From: an uncultured Candidatus Methylacidiphilales bacterium
Lineage (GTDB): Bacteria > Verrucomicrobiota > Verrucomicrobiia > Methylacidiphilales > UBA1321
Direction of reading: 5' to 3'
NCBI GenBank assembly: GCA_964658475.1
Contig: CAZZYY010000002.1
Span: 1-45,888 of the forward strand
DNA: 45,888 nt
The translations under genes were made by a program, and so were the position numbers. Positions within the stretch are counted from its first letter, which is position 1. Each line of letters opens with the position of its first letter. Under the pieces are notes generated by a model. That model was not told the origin of the DNA. It worked only from the letters and a program-made list of their open reading frames with translations, and did not search any database. Below are positions 38,586-45,888 of the stretch, piece after piece.

Positions 38586-40016
38586 ATGTCGAGCCTCAAC
38601 CCGTACGTTATTCTTATCACCCTGATCGCCACACTCGGCGGTCTTCTCTTCGGCTACGACACGGCCGTGATCTCCGGCACCGTTGGCAGCCTGCGCGTTG
38701 TTTTTATCGATCCGCAACATCTTGGGCCTGACGCGGCGAACTCGCTGCTGGGCTTCGTGGTTTCGAGCGCGCTGATCGGCTGCATCGTCGGCGGCATCAT
38801 TGGCGGATGGGTCAGCACCAACATCGGCCGGAAACGGGGTCTGATCATTGCCGCCTTCCTTTTTCTCCTTTCCGCGCTCGGCTCGGCCGCGCCGGAGTTT
38901 CTTTTTGCGCCGATCGGGACCGGTGGCGCCGCCTACGTCTGGCACCTTGTTTTCTATCGCATCGTCGGCGGCGTCGGCGTGGGACTGGCCTCCATGCTCT
39001 CGCCCATGTACATCGCCGAAATCGCGCCCGCCAAGATCCGCGGAAATCTGGTGGCTTGGAATCAGATGGCCATCGTGACCGGCATGCTGCTGGTCTATTT
39101 CGTCAACTACGGCATCGCCGAGGCCGGGGGAGGCAGCAACGACGCCTGGCTCAACGCCGTTGGCTGGCGCTGGATGTTCGCCTCGGGCGCGATCCCTTCC
39201 GCTCTTTTCCTGGGTCTGCTCTTTCTCGTGCCCGAGACGCCACGGTTCCTCATGCTCAAGCAGCGCGAAGCGGAGGCACGTGCCGTCCTTTCCAAGCTCG
39301 TGACGCCCGAGGAAACGGAAAGTGAACTCACGGAAATCCGCGCCTCCCTGGCCGAGCATCATTCCGGGAAGCTGTTTTCCTTCGGCGCGCTCGTCGTCTT
39401 CATCGGCATCATGCTTTCTATCTTCCAGCAATTTGTCGGCATCAACGTGGTGCTCTACTATGCGCCCGAGATCTTCAAGGGCATGGGCCTGAGCACGAAC
39501 GCCTCGCTTCTCCAGACCATTCTCGTCGGCGGTGTGAACCTCGCCTTTACAGCGGTGGCCATCGTGACCGTGGACCGACTGGGCCGCAAACCACTTCAGA
39601 TTATCGGCGCCCTGGTCATGGCCGCCAGCATGATTGCCTTGGGCGCCGACCTGACTTTGCACGACAAGGGCGCGGTGGCGTTGATCTGCATGCTGGTTTA
39701 CATCGCCGGATTTGCCGTCTCGTGGGGACCGGTCACCTGGGTCCTGCTGAGCGAAATTTATCCGAACCAGATCCGCGGCAAGGCCATGGCCATTGCCGTG
39801 GCGGCTCAATGGATCGCCAATTACGGCGTGAGCTCGACCTTTCCCATTCTCAAGGACAGCCCTTACCTCAAGGCCCAATTCGACGGCGGCTTTCCTTACT
39901 TTGTCTACGGCGTCATGGGCATCGCCGCCGCGCTGTTTATGTGGAAGCTGGTTCCGGAGACGAAGGGCCGCACCCTTGAGCAGATGGAAGCGCTCTGGAC
40001 CAAACCGGGGCATTGA
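38586..40016 (+). CDS. xylE: D-xylose:H+ symporter-like MFS sugar porter
   Basis: ATLGGLLFGYDTAVISG, FQQFVGINVVLYYAPEIFK, SWGPVTWVLLSEI and IAVAAQWIANY, closely XylE-like. Confidence 0.88.
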   Translation: MSSLNPYVILITLIATLGGLLFGYDTAVISGTVGSLRVVFIDPQHLGPDAANSLLGFVVSSALIGCIVGGIIGGWVSTNIGRKRGLIIAAFLFLLSALGSAAPEFLFAPIGTGGAAYVWHLVFYRIVGGVGVGLASMLSPMYIAEIAPAKIRGNLVAWNQMAIVTGMLLVYFVNYGIAEAGGGSNDAWLNAVGWRWMFASGAIPSALFLGLLFLVPETPRFLMLKQREAEARAVLSKLVTPEETESELTEIRASLAEHHSGKLFSFGALVVFIGIMLSIFQQFVGINVVLYYAPEIFKGMGLSTNASLLQTILVGGVNLAFTAVAIVTVDRLGRKPLQIIGALVMAASMIALGADLTLHDKGAVALICMLVYIAGFAVSWGPVTWVLLSEIYPNQIRGKAMAIAVAAQWIANYGVSSTFPILKDSPYLKAQFDGGFPYFVYGVMGIAAALFMWKLVPETKGRTLEQMEALWTKPGH

Positions 40017-40045
40017 GAAAGCGCGCGGGTATTCGCCCGCAACGC

Positions 40046-40074
40046 TTGACCGTGAGCGCCCGATTTCCTAGCCT
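40046..40074 (+). promoter_or_regulatory. Sigma70 promoter of tRNA-Val
   Basis: TTGACC-17nt-TAGCCT, 36 nt upstream of the tRNA. Confidence 0.6.
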
Positions 40075-40110
40075 CCCCTTCCCGCCATTCACCACCATGG
40101 CGCACGTTTC

Positions 40111-40182
40111 GCGCGGTTAGCTCAGTGGTAGAGCACTACACTGACACTGTAGGGGTCACAGGTTCGAAACCTGTACCGCGCA
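40111..40182 (+). tRNA. tRNA-Val(GAC), CCA not encoded
   Basis: Acceptor stem GCGCGGT/ACCGCGC, D-arm GCTC/GAGC, anticodon arm CTACA-CT GAC AC-TGTAG and T-arm ACAGG-TTCGAAA-CCTGT. Confidence 0.97.
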
Positions 40183-40224
40183 TGCGTTCCCTTCAGCGCG
40201 GCGAAGGCGCGCGTCCATCTCCCG

Positions 40225-42984
40225 TTACGGAGTGGTGGCAGACGGCTTGTCCACCGCGCTGGCGGCCGTGTTGGCGGGAGCGTTCTGCACGAACTTCGCG
40301 TCGGAACCATCGAGAAGCCGAACATAGTCGGCCATGATGTTCACCGTCTCGTTCAGCTGCGGATCGACCGTCGGTGCATTGATCGTGGCCTCGAGATCGG
40401 GCGTTGCTCCGTCGGAGTCCGAGTCGTCGTCATTCAGATCGAGGGGTTTGGTGGTGGCGACGGCGGCCGGTTGATCTTTGTCCACCATGTCGAGTGTCAG
40501 TTCGAGATCCTTGTCCCGGCCGGCACGACGATTTTCCAGGTCCTTCTTCCGCGCAAGCGCGCTCGCCTTCAGCTCATCGGTTTCCTTCAGCCGGGTGGCC
40601 TCGTTCAGCGAAACGGTCGTGTCGACCACCCGTTTTTTGTAGAACGCGATGTCCTGCCGCAGGTAATTAAAGTCGGTCGAACTTGCCACACGCACGTCGG
40701 ACTTGGCCTTCAACTGCGCGATGTAAGGCGCGGCCAGGTTCAGGTGATCGAAGGCCACGGGCGGGATGGTGTCCCAAGGCAGGTAGTACTTCAGTGTCGT
40801 CTCGCCCAATTCAAAGGCATCCAGCAGCGACGGCAGCACGATGTCGGGCACGACACCCTTTTCCTGCGTCGAGCCGCCCGCCACCCGATAAAACTTCTGT
40901 ACGGTCATCTTGAGTTCGTTGCCGGGATCAAGGATGACGCCGAGCGGGGCCGCCTGATCGAGCCGGATGAGCGTCTGCACCGTGCCCTTGCCATGCGTGC
41001 TTTTGTCTCCTACCACCACCGCGCGGCCGTAATCCTGCAGGGCCGCCGCAACGATCTCGGTGGCCGAGGCGCTCATCTTGTTGACCATGACGACAAGCGG
41101 CCCGGAGTAGAGCACGGAACTGCTCTCTGTCCTGAGCGACTCGGTATCCCCGTCCGAGCGGCGCACCTGCACCACCGGCTCACCCTGGCCCGACTGGCCC
41201 TTGACGAACAGGGCCGTGAGCGCGATTGCCTGGTCCAGCAAGCCACCCCCGTTGTTCCGCATGTCGAGGATGATGCCCGCGACCTTTTCCTTCTTCAGCC
41301 GGCCGATCAGCTTGGCGCAGTCGGTGGCCGCGGCGTGATCGTTCTGGGTGTTGTTGTAAAAGTCGTGCAGGTGAATGACACCAATCTTTTCGATGGATTG
41401 GCCGAGTTCCACCCGGCGGTTCTTCGCCCGGCCCTCCAAAGTGTCGTTCGTGGCGACGGGGTCGGCCGATCCGGCCCCAACCGCAACCAGATGATCGGCG
41501 CCGATCCCGTATTTACTGGTCAGCACGTTCACCACCGCCTTCGCCCGCTCGAGGGAAAGGCGCTGGTTCGCCGCGGGGGATCCCACGCTGTCCGCAAAGC
41601 CCGTGACCTGCAGCTTGGCCGTGTTGTCCCTGGCAAGCTGGCTCGCCACCTGATCGAGCGCCTGCTTGCTGGCCGGCTGGAGATGAAAACTGCCGGTGTT
41701 GAAATAGAGGCTGTACATGGAGCCGCCGGCGACCGGATGTTCGATGATGTCGGCCTTGGCCAGGCTGTCCTTCAGGCTGACCAGGTCGCGCTTGAGGATG
41801 ATGTCCTTATGGACCGCATCGCCCGCTCCGGCCGGCTGGATGACGAGGTGCACCATCGAGCCCTTGGGCCCGCGGATCATGTCGACCACGCGGTTAAGCC
41901 GCATGTTGACCGCATCGACCGGCTCCTTCGTTCCCTGTCCGACGGCGATGATCTTGTCCATCGGCTTCAGCCGCTTGTCGAGGTCGGCCGGTCCGCCGGG
42001 GATGACCTGCTCGATGACCGCGTAGCCGTCGTCCGATTTGAGCTGCGCGCCGATGCCGGTGACCGAGTGGTCGATCGCCTGGATGCTGAAGTTTTCCGAT
42101 TCGTCGGGCTGGAAATAATCCGAGTGCGGATCATAGGCATGCGTGAGTCCGCATAGGTACTGCTCGAGCACGTCCAGATCGTCCATTTCACTCCAGTAGC
42201 GAAGCAGCGAATCGTAGTTCTTCGTCAGGCGCTTGGCCGTCGCGTCCACCGGCTTTTTGTTCAGCAGGCCGTTGAGCAGGTCGGATTTCACGTAGCCGCG
42301 CCAAAGCGCCTGCGAAGCCGCTTCGTCCTTTAGCCAGGGCGACTTGTCCGTCGGCATGGTAAAGCTTTCGTCCTTGGTGAAATCGTGTTTCTCGTAGACC
42401 AGCTTCTGCGCGAGGGTTACGTCCTCCCGCAGCCGCTGCAAAAAGCGCTGAAAGATTTCAAAGGCCGGGCCCACCGCCGCAGCTTCGTCCTCGCCGTGCA
42501 GAAGATCGCCAAGGGTGTTTCCCGGCGTGTCGGCGTACCTCTTCGTGAATTCGTCGATGTCGCTTTGAAGGAAAAACCGGTGGTTTTCGTCCAGGGCGGC
42601 CAGATAGAGCCCGAGCCAGCGATGGGACATCTCGGTATCAATGGGGCGCTGGAGGTAATGATGATTTTCCAGCAAGCCGCCGACCGTGCGCTCGATCTCG
42701 TAATCGCGATCCCACCGGGGGACCAGCTCTTTCGGTGCCGGGGCGGCATCGGCATTGGCCGGGGCGCTGACTTCCGCAGGTGTGTTGGGTCCTCCCGTGG
42801 GATTGCCGGTGGGCTTGGGCTGATCGCCGCCCGGTTCCCGTTGCGCGCCGCTGGCCGGCAGGGGATTCCCCACCGGAGGCGCCGGCGGCGTGTCGTCGGC
42901 CCAGGCGACGGCTAAGCCGGTAACGATCAGGCCAGCCGTCAGGACGACAAGGCGGCAAAGGGTGAGCGGGGAACGGGATGACAT
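40225..42984 (-). CDS. prc: Tail-specific protease Prc/Tsp (S41A) with an internal OmpA-like domain
   Basis: Signal peptide, YDPHSDYF, PDZ (GIGAQL, GGPA, IRGPKGS), DMRNNGGG, catalytic SASATE and GKGTVQ, KFYRVAGGSTQ..GV.PDI. OmpA-like insert at about aa 423-528. Confidence 0.93.
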   Translation of the reverse strand: MSSRSPLTLCRLVVLTAGLIVTGLAVAWADDTPPAPPVGNPLPASGAQREPGGDQPKPTGNPTGGPNTPAEVSAPANADAAPAPKELVPRWDRDYEIERTVGGLLENHHYLQRPIDTEMSHRWLGLYLAALDENHRFFLQSDIDEFTKRYADTPGNTLGDLLHGEDEAAAVGPAFEIFQRFLQRLREDVTLAQKLVYEKHDFTKDESFTMPTDKSPWLKDEAASQALWRGYVKSDLLNGLLNKKPVDATAKRLTKNYDSLLRYWSEMDDLDVLEQYLCGLTHAYDPHSDYFQPDESENFSIQAIDHSVTGIGAQLKSDDGYAVIEQVIPGGPADLDKRLKPMDKIIAVGQGTKEPVDAVNMRLNRVVDMIRGPKGSMVHLVIQPAGAGDAVHKDIILKRDLVSLKDSLAKADIIEHPVAGGSMYSLYFNTGSFHLQPASKQALDQVASQLARDNTAKLQVTGFADSVGSPAANQRLSLERAKAVVNVLTSKYGIGADHLVAVGAGSADPVATNDTLEGRAKNRRVELGQSIEKIGVIHLHDFYNNTQNDHAAATDCAKLIGRLKKEKVAGIILDMRNNGGGLLDQAIALTALFVKGQSGQGEPVVQVRRSDGDTESLRTESSSVLYSGPLVVMVNKMSASATEIVAAALQDYGRAVVVGDKSTHGKGTVQTLIRLDQAAPLGVILDPGNELKMTVQKFYRVAGGSTQEKGVVPDIVLPSLLDAFELGETTLKYYLPWDTIPPVAFDHLNLAAPYIAQLKAKSDVRVASSTDFNYLRQDIAFYKKRVVDTTVSLNEATRLKETDELKASALARKKDLENRRAGRDKDLELTLDMVDKDQPAAVATTKPLDLNDDDSDSDGATPDLEATINAPTVDPQLNETVNIMADYVRLLDGSDAKFVQNAPANTAASAVDKPSATTP

Positions 42985-42987
42985 AAA

Positions 42988-44262
42988 TTAGAGGAGCGCG
43001 GCCCCGCCGACGTAAGGACGAAGCACCGGCGGAAGGACAACATGCCCGTCTGCCTGCTGGAAGGTTTCCAGCAAAGCGATGAAGAGGCGCGGCAGGGCCA
43101 CGCCGGAACCGTTAAGCGTATGGCAAAAGATATTCTTACCCTCGGCATTCTTATACCGCAGATTCATGCGCCGCGCCTGAAAATCTTCAAAATTGCTGCA
43201 GGAGGAGACCTCCAGCCACGCGCCGACGCCGGGAGCCCAGACCTCGAGGTCGTAGCATTTGGCCGCGCCAAAGCCCATGTCCGCGGAGCAAAGCGTCACC
43301 ACCCGATAGTGCAGGCCCAGCTCCCGCAGGACTTTCTCGGCATGGCCCACCAGCCATTCGTGGGTTGCCGCTGAATCCTCCGGCCGGGTGATGTGCACGA
43401 GTTCCACCTTGTCGAACTGATGCACGCGGGTGATCCCGCGCGTGTCCTTGCCCGCGCTTCCCGCCTCGCGCCGGAAACAGGGCGTGTAGGCGGCGTAACT
43501 GATCGGCAAACGGGGCTCCGGGATGATTTCCTCGCGATGGAGGTTGGTTACCGGGACCTCCGCGGTGGGAATCAGGTAGAGCGGCGGTTCCTCCGGAATC
43601 CGATACATGTCCTCGGCAAACTTCGGCAGCTGCGACGTTCCCACCATGCTTTCCCCGCGCACGAGGAAAGGGGGCGAGACTTCGGTGTAGCCGTGCTGCG
43701 TGGTGTGCAGCTCTAGCAGGTAATTGATCAGCGCGCGCTGCAGCCGGGCACCTGCGCCACGATAGACGATGAACCCGCTGCCCGAGATCCTGGTCGCAGC
43801 CTCAAAATCGAGCAGGCCCAGTTTCGTGGCGATTTCCCAATGCGGCTTGGGCTGAAAATCAAACTTGGCCGGCTCGCCCACCACACGTTCGACCCGATTG
43901 TCCGCCGCGCTTGCGCCAATCGGGACGGAATCTTGCGGGATATTCGGAATGCGAAGGAGCAGGTCGGTTTGCTCGGCTTCCAAGCCGGCCAGCTCCCGGT
44001 CCAGTGCGCCGATCTGCTCGCCCACCGCTTTCATTTGCGCCGACTTTTCGGTGACATCACCGCCCTGGGCCTTGAGCGCGCCGATCTCCTTGCTGGTCCG
44101 GTTACGTTCGCCCTTGAGGGCCTCACTTTCCTGCAGGAGCTTGCGCCGCTTTTCGTCCAGCTGGAGCACCTGCGCAATGGCCAGCTCGTCGCCCGCGTTG
44201 CGGCGGCCCAGCCGCTCCCGAAAGAAGTCGGGATTGTCGCGGATTTTGCGGATATCGAGCAT
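42988..44262 (-). CDS. serS: Serine--tRNA ligase
   Basis: MLDIRKIR, YLIPTAEVP, CFRREAGSAG, HQFDKVEL, EVSSCSN and HTLNGSG. Start trimmed to ATG 44262. Confidence 0.97.
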   Translation of the reverse strand: MLDIRKIRDNPDFFRERLGRRNAGDELAIAQVLQLDEKRRKLLQESEALKGERNRTSKEIGALKAQGGDVTEKSAQMKAVGEQIGALDRELAGLEAEQTDLLLRIPNIPQDSVPIGASAADNRVERVVGEPAKFDFQPKPHWEIATKLGLLDFEAATRISGSGFIVYRGAGARLQRALINYLLELHTTQHGYTEVSPPFLVRGESMVGTSQLPKFAEDMYRIPEEPPLYLIPTAEVPVTNLHREEIIPEPRLPISYAAYTPCFRREAGSAGKDTRGITRVHQFDKVELVHITRPEDSAATHEWLVGHAEKVLRELGLHYRVVTLCSADMGFGAAKCYDLEVWAPGVGAWLEVSSCSNFEDFQARRMNLRYKNAEGKNIFCHTLNGSGVALPRLFIALLETFQQADGHVVLPPVLRPYVGGAALL

Positions 44263-44278
44263 GGAACGGAAAGCGGTG

Positions 44279-44307
44279 AATATCTCGTTAACCGCCTCTC
44301 GACGCAA
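44279..44307 (-). promoter_or_regulatory. Possible sigma70 promoter of serS
   Basis: Minus strand TTGCGT-17nt-GATATT. Confidence 0.4.
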
Positions 44308-44396
44308 GCCCTCGAAAGCCCTTTAACAGGAATTTAACGGGGTAAAGGAATAGAGCGTCGGCGTACGCCGCCAACGATCGCTCTCAAGCCTCAGAT

Positions 44397-44694
44397 TGTC
44401 GCGACGGTCTATGACCGCCGGCGACGTTTCCTTGTCCTTCAGCGGGCATAGACCGGATTTCGCCGCTACTGGCTCCAGCATCGGGCCAGCCCGAGCTACC
44501 TTCGGATATTTGATCCGCGCTCGGTCAGGTGCCGACGCTCTCCGAGCGCGGGTCCGAGTCGAATACGCGTCCGCAACCGACCGGCGCTCGGAGAGCGCCG
44601 GCTACCTGTTCAAGCTGTCGTGCCGCCATCGGACCGATCCCAGGGAGAATGAAGGTCCGATACTGGAGATTGCTATAGAGCAACCGCCGCTACA
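44397..44694. repeat. Cluster of GTAG-family REP doublets
   Basis: 44528-44554 GGTGCCGACGCTCTCCGAGCGCGGGTC is a near-inverted copy of 44579-44606 GACCGGCGCTCGGAGAGCGCCGGCTACC. A second, degenerate pair is TGTCGCGACGGTCTATGACCGCCGG / GGGCATAGACCG..CGCCGCTAC. ACCGCCGCTACA occurs at about 44683. Confidence 0.7.
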
Positions 44695-44706
44695 AAAGAC
44701 CGGTCT

Positions 44707-45486
44707 CTACTTGCCTGCCAGCCGCCCATGCAGCACATGCAGGGCAAGGATCAGTTCCGCATACAGCCGCTCCATGGCATAGAGAAGGCCGGGCAGGCCG
44801 TCCCAAATCAGGCCCCGCACCAGCAGCGCGTACGGCAGGATCACCAACACGTTCGCCCAGCCGGTGCGACGCAGGCGGTCCGGCAGGTTCAGTTCCGCAT
44901 CAGGCGCGGCGCGCATCTTTTCGGCTTCCAGCACCGCGTATTTACGCTGCGATTCCAGCCAGCGCGGGAGCGGCTTGCGGTCGTCGTGGATGATGAAGTG
45001 ATGGAGCGACGCCGCCTGCCTGCCCCGCAGCGACAGCCGCTGCGTGTGGCCGTCCTGGTCGTAGACTGCGCCGGCGGTCGCATAGAGAATCCCCCGCGGG
45101 GGCATGAAGCAGGTGCGCAGCAGCTTGCCGTAAACCCGAAACTTGAACGGCGCGAAGTAGACCGTGCCCGGATCGGCCTGCGCCAGCGTGGCGGTGATCT
45201 CCTCGCGCAGCTTCGGCGTGATGACGTAATCGGCATCGAGCGACAGCACCCACGGGGTGGTCACCTGGGTCAGGCCGAAGTTGGCCTGGTTGGCATGGCA
45301 GTCGAACGGGCGCATCACGAGCCGGGCTTGCGGGTACCGGGCGACGATCGCCGCCGTGCCGTCGGTGCTGCCGCTGTCGAGCACGAGGATCTGCGAGGCC
45401 CATGCCACGCTGGCCAGGCAGCGCTCCAAGTTCGGCTCCTCGTTGAAAGTGAGGATGAACGGGGTGAGGTCGGAAAGCGCGGGCAC
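44707..45486 (-). CDS. Glycosyltransferase family 2 (WaaE/KdtX-like)
   Basis: ILTFNEE..LERCL, LDSGSTDGT, WVLSLDADY (DxD) and LIWDGLPGL. Confidence 0.9.
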   Translation of the reverse strand: MPALSDLTPFILTFNEEPNLERCLASVAWASQILVLDSGSTDGTAAIVARYPQARLVMRPFDCHANQANFGLTQVTTPWVLSLDADYVITPKLREEITATLAQADPGTVYFAPFKFRVYGKLLRTCFMPPRGILYATAGAVYDQDGHTQRLSLRGRQAASLHHFIIHDDRKPLPRWLESQRKYAVLEAEKMRAAPDAELNLPDRLRRTGWANVLVILPYALLVRGLIWDGLPGLLYAMERLYAELILALHVLHGRLAGK

Positions 45487-45489
45487 CGG

Positions 45490-45524
45490 TGGAGCTTAGA
45501 ACTGGGAACTCGCGACTGAGAACT
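45490..45524. repeat. Degenerate 7-bp tandem repeat
   Basis: TGGAGCT TAGAACT GGGAACT CGCGACT GAGAACT. Confidence 0.55.
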
Positions 45525-45562
45525 CCGAAGTAGCTCTCGGCGCGACTTCTTCGTTCGACGCC

Positions 45563-45888
45563 TTAGCTGTCCGTTTCCTTGAACGGAACGGTCTCGATCG
45601 TCTTCACCTTGCGCTTGCGCCGGAGGCGGAAAACGTTGTTCCACGTTTTCTTGAGCGCGTTCTTCGGGGTGAGATAGCGCTGGCGCAACGCCGGACCCTT
45701 GCGGATCGCGTCCAGCACGCCTTTCACCGAAAACTCGTCCGCCTCGAGGATGCTATAAGCGGTGCCGAGCGCCGCGCTGTCGTGCGCATCGCTTGCCGCG
45801 GTCATGGGCAGGCCACGGTTCTGGGCGTAGGCGAAGGCGTGTTTGTTGTAACGCTTGAGCGTGGTGGCGGCGTTGAAGACCTCAATGG
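45563..45888 (-). CDS. PHP-domain protein, 5' part outside the window
   Basis: Frame is open to the window edge and reads IEVFNAA...NKHA...GLPMTAASDAH, the PHP C-terminal SDAH motif. Confidence 0.8.
   Translation of the reverse strand, partial: IEVFNAATTLKRYNKHAFAYAQNRGLPMTAASDAHDSAALGTAYSILEADEFSVKGVLDAIRKGPALRQRYLTPKNALKKTWNNVFRLRRKRKVKTIETVPFKETDS

Noticed and set aside
40111-40224. Integrated element at the tRNA-Val 3' end
   Set aside because: The prc stop follows within about 40 nt, and no att duplicate or integrase was found.
41401-41718. Intein in prc
   Set aside because: No Cys/Ser start or His-Asn end; the insert is clearly OmpA-like.
40471-42156. 561-aa plus-strand ORF
   Set aside because: Antisense shadow of prc.
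44396-44782. 128-aa plus-strand ORF
   Set aside because: It runs through the REP cluster and overlaps the GT2 antisense.

Overview
High-GC bacterial chromosomal window; gene content and repeat types suggest Verrucomicrobiota, but this is inference. From left to right it holds: a regulatory-type PTS cluster (ptsI-ptsH-hprK); hrpB; an Rrf2 regulator divergent from a ChrA transporter, with an IscR-like operator and an unannotated 40-aa membrane ORF; a gcvP operon; a class A beta-lactamase translationally coupled to a GH43-CBM6 hydrolase; a ~15.5 kb operon behind a sigma54-type promoter that joins an SDR and a GH15 glucoamylase to a full alternative complex III (actA-G), SCO and an A2-type caa3 oxidase; a cupin; glgE and treS-mak flanked by two sugar porters; tRNA-Val(GAC); a Prc/Tsp protease with an OmpA-like peptidoglycan-binding domain inserted inside it; serS; a REP cluster; a GT2; and a partial PHP protein. 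The most unusual observations are the OmpA-inserted Prc, the sigma54 glucan/respiration operon facing the GlgE pathway, and the apparent loss of all three Mg-site ligands in the oxidase. No CRISPR array, integrase or transposase was seen. All family calls come from motif recognition by eye; no searches were run.
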